Source: an uncultured Gammaproteobacteria bacterium
GTDB lineage: Bacteria > Pseudomonadota > Gammaproteobacteria > Chromatiales > Chromatiaceae
Assembly (NCBI GenBank): GCA_942491465.1
Contig: CALOBA010000038.1
Coordinates: 66,920 to 130,919, forward strand
DNA: 64,000 bases
Direction: 5' to 3'
Shown: positions 1 through 10,100 of the stretch, piece by piece
How the letters are laid out: each line of letters opens with the position of its first letter
Numbering within the stretch: position 1 is the first letter of the stretch
Position numbers and translations under genes: made by a program
Notes under the pieces: generated by a model
The model's input: the letters and a program-made list of their open reading frames with translations, nothing else
Told to the model about the DNA's origin: nothing
Database searches by the model: none

Positions 1-41
1 TCAGTTGCGGCTGCGCCGGATAAGTTGAAGTAGAGACCCTT

Positions 42-653
42 ATGACACCGACAACCACTGCCTGGTCCCGCATCGGGACCGCTCTCCTGCTGTTGACGCT
101 GCCCGCGCTGGCCGCGGCCCATGCCGAGACCGGCGTGGCCGGGGGCCTGGTCAGCGGCTTCCTGCATCCGATCTTCGGACTGGATCATCTGGTCGCCATG
201 GTCGCCGTCGGCCTCTGGGGCGCCCAGCTCGGGCGTCCCGCGATCTGGCTGCTGCCCATCACCTTCCCGACACTGATGGCCCTGGGCGGCGTGCTCGGGG
301 TGCTCGGGGTGCCGATGCCCTTGGTGGAGATCAATGTTGCCCTGTCCGCCATCGTGCTTGGGCTCATGGTCGCGCTGAGCGCCCGGCCGCCGCTGTGGGT
401 CGCGGCGATTCTGGTCGGCCTGTTCGCCGTCTTTCACGGCTATGCCCACGGTGCCGAACTCCCGGGTGCGGCCAATGCGCTGGCCTACGGCGTCGGCTTC
501 GTCATCGCCACCGGCCTGCTGCACCTGGCCGGTATCCTGATCGGGCTGCTGATCGCCTGGCCCTTGGGTGCGCTGGCGGTGCGCGGCGGCGGCCTGGTCA
601 TTGCCGGACTGGGCTGCTGGTTCCTGCTGCTGCATGCCGGGTTCTTGGAATGA
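42..653 (+). CDS. hupE: HupE/UreJ family metal (Ni/Co-type) transporter membrane protein
   Basis: 203-aa ORF. Signal peptide (LPALAAAHA) is followed by the family signature GFLHPIFGLDHLVAMVAVG and several Gly/Ala/Leu-rich helices. Confidence 0.85.
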   Translation: MTPTTTAWSRIGTALLLLTLPALAAAHAETGVAGGLVSGFLHPIFGLDHLVAMVAVGLWGAQLGRPAIWLLPITFPTLMALGGVLGVLGVPMPLVEINVALSAIVLGLMVALSARPPLWVAAILVGLFAVFHGYAHGAELPGAANALAYGVGFVIATGLLHLAGILIGLLIAWPLGALAVRGGGLVIAGLGCWFLLLHAGFLE

Positions 654-1276
654 GCCCACGGCGCGGCGCAGCAGCGGCGCTGCTGCTCGCGACACTCGCG
701 CTCCCGCGGGGGGCCTCGGCGCACCTGGTGACGACCCGCTTCGGCGACTTCTATGGCGGCCTGCTGCATCCATTGACGGCGTTGGAGCACTGCATTCCCT
801 GGCTCGCACTGGGGCTCTTGGCGGGCTGGCAGGGGGCGCGCAGCGGGCGCTGGACGCTCTTGGCATTCCCGATTGCGCTGCTGTGCGGCACCCTCGCCGG
901 GGGCTGGCCACCGCCGCCGCTGTCGCCCGGGCTGCCGGTGGCGGAGATCAATATCGGCTCGTTCGTAGTCCTCGGCGCTCTGTTGGCCTTGGCCTGGCGG
1001 TTTCCGCTGGCGCTGATGGTGCTGCTGGGTCTGCTGTTCGGCCTCAGCCACGGCCTCGCCAATGGGACCGCCGCGCCGACCGCCGGCAGCCCCCTGCCCT
1101 TCGCCGTCGGCGTTGCAACGGCCGGCTATCTGATGGTCGCGCCGAGTGCGGCGGCGGCCGTGGTCATCGCCCGCCACCCCGGCTGGCCGCAGATCGCACT
1201 GCGCACCGCCGGCAGCTGGATCAGCGCAATCGGCATCATGATGCTGGCGCTCATCCTGGCGCCGGCTGCCGGCTGA
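650..1276 (+). CDS. HupE/UreJ-like membrane protein (divergent paralog)
   Basis: ATG at 650 overlaps the upstream stop (ATGA). Signal peptide MSPRRGAAAALLLATLALPRGASA, then GGLLHPLTALEHCIPW (variant of the HP..DH motif) and multiple hydrophobic helices. Lies in the frame of track ORF 395..1276. Confidence 0.65.
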   Translation: MSPRRGAAAALLLATLALPRGASAHLVTTRFGDFYGGLLHPLTALEHCIPWLALGLLAGWQGARSGRWTLLAFPIALLCGTLAGGWPPPPLSPGLPVAEINIGSFVVLGALLALAWRFPLALMVLLGLLFGLSHGLANGTAAPTAGSPLPFAVGVATAGYLMVAPSAAAAVVIARHPGWPQIALRTAGSWISAIGIMMLALILAPAAG

Positions 1277-1390
1277 GCGCCCACCCCACCCATGGGCGGA
1301 AACCACTGGCTTGGACAACGCCGCCGACCCGAGCGAGACCCACCACCGATGTCTGATCCCAAACCGCGCCTGAGCGCCGATCCCAGCGCC

Positions 1391-1714
1391 ATGCGCAGGA
1401 CGCGGCTGCGCGCCCTGCTGATCGGCGCGGTCTCGGTCACGCCGCTGGCCGCGCAGCCACTGCCGGTGGACAATGACGCCACGGTGGCCCGCGCGCTGGT
1501 CGCGGCCGGCCAAGCCTTGCCGCTGCAACAGGTGATCGACCGCGCCCGCACCCGGCAGCCGGGGCGGATGATCGACGCCGAGCTCTACCGCGACCGCGAC
1601 GATGGGCGCTTCATCTACGAGATCTACATCCTCGACGGCGCCGGCGACATCTGGGAGCTGGAGTACGACGCCGCGACCGGCGCCTTGATCGAGCACGAGC
1701 AGGAGGACCACTGA
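1391..1714 (+). CDS. PepSY domain-containing periplasmic protein
   Basis: Signal-like [17 protein letters not shown]-terminal [44 protein letters not shown] fits the PepSY pattern. Sits immediately before a response regulator, a common arrangement. Start chosen at ATG 1391 (ORF opens at 1292). Confidence 0.6.
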   Translation: MRRTRLRALLIGAVSVTPLAAQPLPVDNDATVARALVAAGQALPLQQVIDRARTRQPGRMIDAELYRDRDDGRFIYEIYILDGAGDIWELEYDAATGALIEHEQEDH

Positions 1715-1716
1715 CC

Positions 1717-2400
1717 ATGCGCTTGCTGCTGGTCGAAGACGACCATGACCTCGCCGACGGCCTCAAGGGCGCTCTCGGCGCCGCCGGCTTCGCCGTGGAC
1801 CATGCCGACAACGGCATCGACGGCGCCTTCCTCGGCACCGAGACGCCCTACGACTGCATCATCCTCGACCTCGGCCTCCCGGGCCGGCCGGGGCTTGAGG
1901 TCCTGCGCGAATGGCGCATCGCGGGGCTGCACACCCCGGTGCTGATCCTGACCGCCCGCGACGCCTGGCACGAGCGCGTCGACGGCCTCAAGGCCGGCGC
2001 CGACGACTATCTCGGCAAGCCGTTCCACGTCGAGGAGCTAAGCGCGCGCATCCAGGCCCTGGTACGCCGCGCCGCCGGCAACCCGGCGGCCAAGCTCAGG
2101 GTTGGCGACTTGACCCTCGACGAGGACCGCCAGCGCGCGATCCTGCCCGACGGTGCCGACGTCGAGCTGACCGGCACCGAGTTTCGGCTGCTGCGCTACT
2201 TCATGCACAACCCCGACAAGGTGCTGTCCAAGGAGCGACTCACCGACCACCTCTACGATCAGGACGCCGAGACCGGCAGCAACCTGATCGAGGTCTACGT
2301 GCGCCGGCTGCGCGAGAAGCTCGGCCGCGAGCGCCTGCTGACCCAACGCGGCCAGGGCTATGTGCTGCCATCCAGCCCACCCCAGGCGCCCGCGCCATGA
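1717..2400 (+). CDS. OmpR/PhoB-family response regulator
   Basis: Receiver domain MRLLLVEDD...IILDLGLPG...ILTARD...[11 protein letters not shown]-terminal winged helix [25 protein letters not shown]...RGQGYVL. Confidence 0.95.
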   Translation: MRLLLVEDDHDLADGLKGALGAAGFAVDHADNGIDGAFLGTETPYDCIILDLGLPGRPGLEVLREWRIAGLHTPVLILTARDAWHERVDGLKAGADDYLGKPFHVEELSARIQALVRRAAGNPAAKLRVGDLTLDEDRQRAILPDGADVELTGTEFRLLRYFMHNPDKVLSKERLTDHLYDQDAETGSNLIEVYVRRLREKLGRERLLTQRGQGYVLPSSPPQAPAP

Positions 2401-3776
2401 CCCTCAAGTCCCTCGCCAGCCGGCTGCACCTGGCCCTCGGCATCAGCCTGACCATCCTCATCGCGCTGGCCTGGTGGCTTGGCCACGATGCCCTGCACCG
2501 CAGTGCCGAGGCCTTCGTGCTGCATCGCCTCCAGCACGACGCCGAGGCCCTGCTCGGCGTCATCGCCCTGGAGCCGGTGGCGCTGCGCGACGGCGCCATG
2601 CCGATCTACCGCCAGCCGTTCTCCGGGCACTATTTCGAGCTGCGCTGGGACGACGGGCGGGTGCTGCACTCGCGCTCCCTCTGGGACCAGCAGCTGGACA
2701 TCGCACCGCTGCCGCCGGGGGAGGTCGCCATCCGGCAGGCCCCCGGACCCGATGGCCAACAGCTGTTGGTGCGCAGCGCCGGCTACCAGCTCGACGGGCA
2801 GCGGCTGACCCTGGCCGTCGCCGAGGACCTGCTGCCGATGGGGGCGGTGATGGGCGGCTTCGAGCGCTGGTTCGCCGTGCTCGCCATCGGTGGGCTGCTC
2901 GCGACCCTGATCGCCGCGCGCTGGATCGTCCGCCGCGCCTTCCGCTCCCTCGACCCGGTCTACCGCGATATCGACGCCCTCGAGCACGGCACCACCCGCA
3001 CCCTCGGCAACAACGTCCCCACCGAGATCCTGCCGCTGGTCAACAAGCTCAACGGCCTGCTCGCCGTCTACGACAAGCGCCTGGAGCGCTCGCGCAACGC
3101 CGCGGGCAACCTCGCCCATGCCCTGAAGGGACCGCTGATGCTGATGCGCCAGCAGCTCGAGCGCGGCGACGCCGCGCTGTGGGCGGACGACCGCCGACTC
3201 TGCGGCCAACAGGTCGAGCGCGTCCATGCGCTCCTGGAGCGCGAGCTCAAGCGCGCCCGCATCGCCGGCGGCGGCACCGCGGGCTCCCTGTTCGACCCGG
3301 CCGAAGAGCTGCCGGTGCTGCGCGACCTGCTCGGGCGGATGTACGCCGACAAGGCCCTGCGGATCGACTGCCGCCTCGCCGATGTCGGCGCGCTGGCCGC
3401 CGATCGCCAGGACCTGCTGGAGCTCGCCGGCACCCTGCTCGACAACGCCTGCAAGTGGGCGCGCAGCCGGGTGCGCTGCAGCATGGAACACGCCGACGGC
3501 GGCATCCGCCTGCGGGTCGAAGATGACGGCCCCGGCTGCGACGACGACGCACTCGCCGGCCTCAGCGCCCGCGGCGCCCGCCTCGACGAGAGCGTCACCG
3601 GCCACGGCCTCGGCCTCTCCATCGCCAACGAGATCGTCGAGCTCTACGGCGGCACCCTGACCCTCGGCCGCTCCGAGCGCCTCGGCGGCTTCGCCGCCAC
3701 CGTCACGCTACCGCTGCCGGAGGCCGCGTTCAGCTTCAGTTCAGCACCGCCTGCTAGCCTGACAGTCAACCAATAG
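2397..3776 (+). CDS. sensor histidine kinase (partner of the preceding regulator)
   Basis: ATG 2397 overlaps the regulator stop (ATGA). N-terminal TM segments, H-region [15 protein letters not shown]-box [10 protein letters not shown]-boxes EDDGPG and [13 protein letters not shown]. Confidence 0.9.
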   Translation: MTLKSLASRLHLALGISLTILIALAWWLGHDALHRSAEAFVLHRLQHDAEALLGVIALEPVALRDGAMPIYRQPFSGHYFELRWDDGRVLHSRSLWDQQLDIAPLPPGEVAIRQAPGPDGQQLLVRSAGYQLDGQRLTLAVAEDLLPMGAVMGGFERWFAVLAIGGLLATLIAARWIVRRAFRSLDPVYRDIDALEHGTTRTLGNNVPTEILPLVNKLNGLLAVYDKRLERSRNAAGNLAHALKGPLMLMRQQLERGDAALWADDRRLCGQQVERVHALLERELKRARIAGGGTAGSLFDPAEELPVLRDLLGRMYADKALRIDCRLADVGALAADRQDLLELAGTLLDNACKWARSRVRCSMEHADGGIRLRVEDDGPGCDDDALAGLSARGARLDESVTGHGLGLSIANEIVELYGGTLTLGRSERLGGFAATVTLPLPEAAFSFSSAPPASLTVNQ

Positions 3777-3801
3777 GCCACCCGCCTGCTCGGAGACTGC
3801 C

Positions 3802-4206
3802 ATGCCATCCCCCACCATCAAGCGCCTGCTGCTCGCTGCCCTCCTCGCCACCGCCGCCCTGCCCGCACTGGCCCACAAGGCCAGCCACGCGATCCCGCTG
3901 ACCTTCACGGCCGACACCTCCGGCAGCCTCGCGCCGACGCGACTCCAGCACGACTGGACGGCGGACGGACTGAAGATCAGCGGCCGGATCGAGAAGCAGC
4001 ACATCCGCCGCGGCCGCATCCTGGGCCATGTCGAGCTGGAGCTGCTCGATGCCGAAGGCCAGGTGCTCGGACGCCACACCGGCAGCATGCACCACTTCAG
4101 CCCAAGCCGGCGCAACCCGGACTTCGCCGCCTTCACCGCGACCATCGAGCAGGTCCCAGACAGCGTCACTACGGTGCGGGTCTACCACCAAATCGGCACT
4201 CGCTGA
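3802..4206 (+). CDS. hypothetical secreted protein
   Basis: 134-aa ORF with a clear signal peptide (LLLAALLATAALPALAHK). No recognisable domain. Confidence 0.55.
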   Translation: MPSPTIKRLLLAALLATAALPALAHKASHAIPLTFTADTSGSLAPTRLQHDWTADGLKISGRIEKQHIRRGRILGHVELELLDAEGQVLGRHTGSMHHFSPSRRNPDFAAFTATIEQVPDSVTTVRVYHQIGTR

Positions 4207-4379
4207 GCCCGTCACGCCCCGCGTCTGGCGGCTGGGCGCACCCGATGCGCCGCGGTCTGGAAATCGGGATTTTGAGGAGCAATAACGGCGCTTCGCGCCG
4301 AGGCCGGCAAGATGCCGGCGCTCCCAGGCGCCGCTGCGCGGCGTCGGATGCACAATCGGCGGCAATTCTTGCGCAGTCG

Positions 4380-4533
4380 CTAGGGCCCCGTTGCGGAAGT
4401 CCCAAGACCGCCGGCATGCCCACTCGGTGCTGTGGGAGCGACTTGCAGTCGCGACTTCCGCGTCGCGGCGGTCGCGATTGCAAATCGCTCCCACAGCTAC
4501 GGGCGGTCTCGGAATTTTCGCGGCAAAGCACTA
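4380..4533 (-). mobile_element. MITE-like palindromic element, family A (diverged copy)
   Basis: Reverse-oriented homolog of 27496-27650, 37462-37616 and 53382-53536. Carries the core CTGTGGGAGCGA..TCGCGAC...GTCGCGA..TCGCTCCCACAG. Ends in CTAG / CTAAG. Confidence 0.75.
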
Positions 4534-4694
4534 AGGCGATTGCCGGAAACTTTCATACCAGATGACGCAGGATTGACGTTCGCCTTCAAGGAGGGCTGGC
4601 GAGAGCATAGCGCGCTATGTGACCGCCAGCCCGACGCCGAAGGCGGGCGTCAAGACAAGTCAGATGGTATGAAAGTTGACAGAAATCGCCTAAG
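4531..4694 (+). mobile_element. MITE-like element, family C
   Basis: Imperfect ~45-bp terminal inverted repeats (CTAAGGCGATTGCCGGAAACTTTCATACCAGATGAC / GTCAGATGGTATGAAAGTTGACAGAAATCGCCTAAG). Second copy at 30472-30636 in reverse orientation. CTAAG at both ends. Confidence 0.8.
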
Positions 4695-6138
4695 GCCCCG
4701 CTGCTCCACCGTCACCGGCATCGACCACCGGCCAGCACAGGGTAAAGCAGGTCCCTTCCCCGGGCGTGCTGTAGCAGTGCAGCTCCCCGCCGGCGGACTG
4801 CACCAGCCCGAGGGACACCGACAGGCCCAGACCGGTGCCGCGCCCCGTGGGCTTGGTGGTAAAGAACGGGTCGTAGATATGCATCAGATCCTTCCGCTCG
4901 ATGCCGGCGCCGGTGTCGCAGATGCGCAGGCGCAGCGCGCCGGGGCCGCAGGGTTTGACGTGGAGCTGGACAGCGATACGGATGCGGCGCTCGGCGCGCC
5001 CCTCCATGGCGTCCAGCGCATTCACCAGCAGATTCATCAGCACCTGCTGCAGCGCGGTGCCGCGGGTCGGCACCGGCGGCAGACCGGCGGGCAGGTCTTG
5101 GGCGACCTCGACGTCCTCCTTCGACAGGCGGTAGTCCAGCAGCCGCAGGGTGCGGTCGAGCACCGCGGCGATGGGTTCCCGGCCCTCGTCCCGGGCCGGA
5201 TCACCGCCGCGGGAGAACAGCAGCAGGTCGCGGACGATGTCGGCGCAGTGGCGGGTGGCGTGCTCGGCCTTGTCGAGGACATCTTTTAGCGGGCGGTCGC
5301 CGTCGACCCGCCCGGCCACATGCTGGATGTAGTTGAGGAGGCCCATCAGCGGATTGTTCAGCTCATGGGCGACCCCGGCGGCCAGCGCGCCGATGGCGCT
5401 CAGTCGCTCGGACTGCACCAGCTGCTGCTGCGTCTCGCGCAGCTCGCGGTTCGCCGCATGCAGGGCCTCGGTATGGCGGCGCTCGCGCAGCAACAGCACC
5501 AGGAACGCCGGCACCGAGGCGAGCAGCAGCAGCAGGGCCGAGCCCATGGATTGGGCCAGCTGGCGGCGGAGCTGGGCGTTGACGGCGGCGATATCCAGCT
5601 CGGCACCCGTCACGTAGTCTCGCCCCTCGGGGCTCTGCTGCGGCAGCAGCACCGCCCGGAAGGTCCCCCAGCGATCGGTATAGGTGCTGTAGCGCGGCTC
5701 CCCGGCGTCGAGTGCGGCGTGGGCGCGGGGCAGGGCCTCGTTGTAGTCATGCCAATAGCGCACCTCCTCGCCGGCGGACAGCTCGTCCTCGGACGCGTTG
5801 CTGGAGGTCAAGTAGAGCGCGTCGGCATCGCGCACCATGGTGAAGACGAAGGCGAAACCGGAGGCCTGCGCCAGCTGCGAGAGGTTGCGGATGTTGCGCC
5901 AGTCCTCGTCCGCACTGATCGCATCCGGCCCCAGGGCGCGATCGTGAAAGTCCTCCGCCAGCACCCAGCGCACGGCATGGGCCCCGAGCAGCAGCTCCTC
6001 ATCGATGGTGTCGAGCAGCATGTTGCGCGTGTCGGCGTAGTGATAGGCCGCGCTGGCGGCCAGCACCGCGATGTACAGCAGCAGGGCCGAGACCAGGAGT
6101 GGCCAATGCAGGCGTCGTTCGAGTTTCATTGTTTTCAT
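4690..6138 (-). CDS. sensor histidine kinase with periplasmic sensor domain
   Basis: Start at MKTMKLERR (ATG 6138). TM, ~190-aa extracytoplasmic domain, TM, then H-box AAGVAHELNNPL, N-box LLVNALDAM, DTGAGI and GTGLGLSV. Confidence 0.85.
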   Translation of the reverse strand: MKTMKLERRLHWPLLVSALLLYIAVLAASAAYHYADTRNMLLDTIDEELLLGAHAVRWVLAEDFHDRALGPDAISADEDWRNIRNLSQLAQASGFAFVFTMVRDADALYLTSSNASEDELSAGEEVRYWHDYNEALPRAHAALDAGEPRYSTYTDRWGTFRAVLLPQQSPEGRDYVTGAELDIAAVNAQLRRQLAQSMGSALLLLLASVPAFLVLLLRERRHTEALHAANRELRETQQQLVQSERLSAIGALAAGVAHELNNPLMGLLNYIQHVAGRVDGDRPLKDVLDKAEHATRHCADIVRDLLLFSRGGDPARDEGREPIAAVLDRTLRLLDYRLSKEDVEVAQDLPAGLPPVPTRGTALQQVLMNLLVNALDAMEGRAERRIRIAVQLHVKPCGPGALRLRICDTGAGIERKDLMHIYDPFFTTKPTGRGTGLGLSVSLGLVQSAGGELHCYSTPGEGTCFTLCWPVVDAGDGGAAGP

Positions 6139-6546
6139 CGGGCTCCACCCGTAGGGATCATCGAGCAGGCAGGGCCAAGGCGGCGGTTCACCGACCTGTT
6201 GCCCCGGCCCATACACGGAGAGCGTCATCTCTCCGCCCCAAGTCTAGACGATCTGCCCACAACGCCGCTCAGCCGCGACCGCGCCGCGCCCACCGCACCA
6301 AGGCAAGACCATGCCCCCTCACCGTCCACCAGGGAGGCGACTCGCCCGAAAACGCCCCCGACCCCAGCGCGTCGCCTACCTTGAACCTAGAAAGAGCGGT
6401 TGACCGCTCTGAGGCAAGTTTGGCTGGTTCCACCGTAATGCGACGGGCTGCACCCGTGTGCCATCATTGAATCGCTTGGCGCTGGACTCGCGACCAGATG
6501 TGCCAAGTATCTTAACTTCAGCAATCCAATCCTGGAGACAGAATCC

Positions 6547-6750
6547 ATGAATATCGCCGTTGATTTGCCGGATGACGTGGCTGGTCTTGTGGCGGCGCAG
6601 CCCGACCGGCGCGGTTTCTTGATCGATGCGATCCGTCGCGAGTCGGATCGGCGAGACGCCTTGGCGCAGCTCATGGGCTTGAGTGAGCGGGTCTCCGCAC
6701 GATCTGGGGGGCTGAGCGACGAGGCGCTGGAGGCCCTGGTGCGTGACTGA
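6547..6750 (+). CDS. putative type II antitoxin (VapB-like)
   Basis: 67-aa ORF overlapping the downstream PIN gene by 8 nt. Small acidic/Arg-rich protein. Assignment rests mainly on position. Confidence 0.55.
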   Translation: MNIAVDLPDDVAGLVAAQPDRRGFLIDAIRRESDRRDALAQLMGLSERVSARSGGLSDEALEALVRD

Positions 6751-7165
6751 GCACCGCCTTCGCGTCGTCGTCGATACGAATGTCCTGTTGAGTTTTCTCA
6801 TCAAGCGAGACTCGGTGCCCGGCGCTGTTGTGCGGCGGGTGCTCGAAAACCACGAACTTTTGCTGTCCGAGCAGGTACTGGATGAGCTTGCCGCCAAGTG
6901 CGAGAAGGACAAGTTCCGACGGTATTTCAGTCGAGCAGAGGGCGAGCATTTGGTACTGCTCTTGGCGAAGGTTGGAGAACGGATCGTAATCCCCGAAGAG
7001 GTCAAGCGCTGTCGCGATCCCAAAGACGACGTATTTCTGGCCCTTGCGCTTTGCGGCAACGCCGATCTTATCGTTTCAGGGGACAAGGACCTGACCGACC
7101 TACGACAGATCGAACATATCCCTATCTTGTCGCCAAGGGCCGCCGCGTTGCTCTTGGAGGTATAA
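6743..7165 (+). CDS. PIN-domain toxin (VapC-like, putative toxin-antitoxin system toxin component)
   Basis: RVVVDTNVLLSFL (first acidic residue), SEQVLDEL, DDVFLALAL and ADLIVSGDKDL give the PIN acidic quartet pattern. 140 aa. Confidence 0.8.
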   Translation: MTEHRLRVVVDTNVLLSFLIKRDSVPGAVVRRVLENHELLLSEQVLDELAAKCEKDKFRRYFSRAEGEHLVLLLAKVGERIVIPEEVKRCRDPKDDVFLALALCGNADLIVSGDKDLTDLRQIEHIPILSPRAAALLLEV

Positions 7166-7195
7166 CCAGGCGGCCCGCGATCAATTGCCTGGTCG

Positions 7196-10100
7196 CTATG
7201 CGGCGGTCGCGGGTTCCGCGCCGGGCACCCGCCGCCCCACCACCCGCAGCACCAGCGACAGCATCGCCGGCATGAAGGTCAGCGTCACCAGGGTCGAGAA
7301 CAGCAGCCCGAACAGCACGATGGCGCCCAGGCCGCGGTAGAGCTCGGTGCCGGCGCCGGGGTTGAAGACCAGCGGGGACAGGCCGGCGACGGTGGTGACC
7401 ATGGACATCATGATCGGGCGCAGGCGCACGCGCACGGCCTCGGTGACGGCGTCGATGACGCTCAGGCCGCGCTCGCGCAGGTTGGTGATGGCCCGCTCGA
7501 CGATGAGGATGGGGTTGTTGACCACGGTGCCGATCAGGACCAGGAAGCCGAGCATGGTGATCATGTCGAAGGGCTGTTGGATCGGGTAAAGACCGATCCG
7601 GTCCAGATGCGCGCCGGTGACGTTCAACAGCCAGAGCCCGGCGATGCCGCCGCTGATGCCGATGGGGACGCTGGTCATGATCAGCAGCGGCCAGCCCCAG
7701 TGGCTGAACACGGCGACCATGAGCAGGTAGGCGATCAACAGGGCCACGGCGAAGTTGCCGGCCAGGGCCTCGCGGGTCGCCTCCAGGCGGTCGCTGGCGC
7801 CGCTGAGGTCCAGCTGGATGCTGTCCGGCAGCGCGCCGGCGGCGGGCATGCCGGCGATGATCTCGGCGCGCACCCGGCGCACGCCCTCCTCCAGCGGCAC
7901 ATCCTTGGGCGGGATGATGCTCATGGTGATGGTGCGGTCGCCGTCGACCCGGCGGATGGTCTCGGTGTTGACCGTCTCGATCAGGCGGGCGACGGCGGCG
8001 AGCGGGACGATGCCGCCGCTCGGGGAGTAGAGCATCAGCCGCTCCAGATCCTGGGGGCGCTCGATGTTGCCGGCGGTGCTGTAGAGGAAGATGTCGATCT
8101 CGTCATCGTCCAAGAAGAATTCGTCGACGAAGGCGCCGTCGGAGTAGGCCCAGACGCTGTAGCCGAGATCGCCGGGGGCGATGCCCAGCTCCGCGGCGCG
8201 CTCCCAGTCCGGGTGGACCTCCAGCATGGGCTGGCCCAGGGTCAGGTTGGAGGGCTCGGATTTCACCCGCGGGTTGTCGAAGATGGCCTTGGCCTTCCCC
8301 TGGACCTTGGAGGCCGCATCGAACAGGGTCACCAGGTCCGGCCCGCTGATCTCGATGTTGATGGAGCGGGTGCCGCCGAAGTTGCTGGAGAAGATCGAGC
8401 CGCGGCTGGAGAAGCTGAACAGGCCCGGCAGCGCGCGGGTCTTCTCGGTGGCCACGGCCATCAGGGCCTCGGTCTGGCGTCGGTCCGTGGCCTCGCGCAC
8501 GGTGAAGACGCGGCTCTCGGTGGCGAAGCCGATGGTGAAGTTGAGCGCCGGGACATCGGTCTCGCCGGCGGCGAACAGGGCCGGGTCCTGGCCGACGGCG
8601 GGATAGAACTCGGCGTCCACGCGCTGGAAGGCCTCGCGCATCATGTCGATGTTGTAGCCCGGCGGGGCGAACATCAGGGTGAAGATCTTCGACTCCTCGC
8701 CCTCGGGCAGGTACTCGGCGTCCGGCGTCAGCCAGACGATGATGGCGGCGGCGGTGCCGAGCACCAGGGCGATGACCAGCAGCGAGCGCCCTACCCCGGC
8801 GCTGATCCAGTGCACCAGGGTGATCACCCGGCGCGCAAAGCCGGCGCCGAGCCGGCTCAGCAGCGGCGGGCGCTGCCCGGGGGGCGGCAGCTTGAGGAAG
8901 CGCCCGGCCGCCGCCGGCACCAGCGTAATGGCGATCAGCATCGACATCAGGATCGACGCCGAGATGGCCACGGCGATATCGGAGTAGAGCTGTCCGGCCT
9001 CCTCTTCGACGAAGATCACCGGCAGGAACACCGCCACCGTGGTCAGCGTCGAGGCCAGCACCGCGGGCCAGACCTCGCGCACGCCCTCCAGCGCCGCGGC
9101 CAGCCGCGCCCGGCCCCGATCGCCGGCGAGGGCGAGGTGGCGGACGATGTTCTCCAGCACGACGATGTTGTTGTCCAGCGTCATGCCGATGGCGAAGGCG
9201 ACGCCGGCCAGGGAGATGACGTTGATGGTGCGCCCGGTCAGCAGCAACCCCAGAAACGCGGCCAGGGTGCAGATCGGGATGCCCACGGCGCCGATCAGCG
9301 TCGCCGGCACCGAGCGCAGAAACAGGAACAGCACCAGCACGGCCAGCCCCGCACCGATGGCCAGGTTGCGCTCCACCACCCGCACCGCATCGGTCACATA
9401 GACCACGTCGTCGGCGGTGCGCACCAGCTTCAGGCCCTTAGGTGCCAGCACGTCGCGGTTCAGCTCGGCGACCGTCTCCATCATCGCCTCCTTGATGGCG
9501 ATGACGTTGCTGCCGATCTGGCGGCCCACGGCGAAGGCGAGGATCGGCTTGCCTTCGGAGTAGGCGTAGCTGCGCACCTCGGCGAAGCCCAACTCCGCGT
9601 GACCCACGTCGCGCAGCCGGATGAAGGCGCCGTCGCGCTCGGCGATGACCAGGTCTTCCAGTGCCTCGGGGCTGTCGAAGCGGCCGATGGTGCGCAGCAG
9701 GTAGCGGCGCTTGCCGCTGTCGAGGTCGCCGCCGGAGACGTCGCGGTTGCGTGCGCGGATCGCCTCGCGCAGCTCGCTCAGGCGAATCCCGCGCTCGGCC
9801 AGCCGCACCGGGTCCACGTAGACCTGCATCTGTCGCTCGGCGCCGCCGCGCAGCTCCACCTGCGAGACACCGGGCACCCGCTCCATGGGCGTGACCACAT
9901 ATTCCTCGACCCAATCGCGCAGGGCCAGGATGTCCGCCTCGGTAAAGGCCCCGGTCTCCGGCATCAGCCGAAAGTACATGAACGAGTTCGACGAAAACGC
10001 CTCGGCGCGGATGCTCGGCTGATCGACGTTCTCCGGGTAGGCCGGCACCTGCGAGAGCGCATTGTTGACGTTGAGCAGGGCCTCCTCGATGGGCACCGAG

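Noticed and set aside
485-1711. Long antisense or out-of-frame ORFs overlapping well-supported genes (for example 485..1711-, 2358..3605-, 7577..10390+, 15183..16880+, 43842..45083-, 50069..52036+, 55641..57368+, 59170..60327-)
   Set aside because: These are typical shadow ORFs of high-GC DNA, with Arg/Ala/Gly/Pro-rich, low-complexity translations. The opposite or alternative frame has clear family signatures.
4169-4565. Recurrent peptides such as CGSDLQSR(P/L)PRRG(S/G)RDCKSLPQ(H/L)R in ORFs at 4169-4565, 27462-27702, 37353-37650 and 53117-53536
   Set aside because: They are translations of the palindromic family-A MITE and appear on both strands at every copy. There are no plausible starts or ribosome-binding sites.
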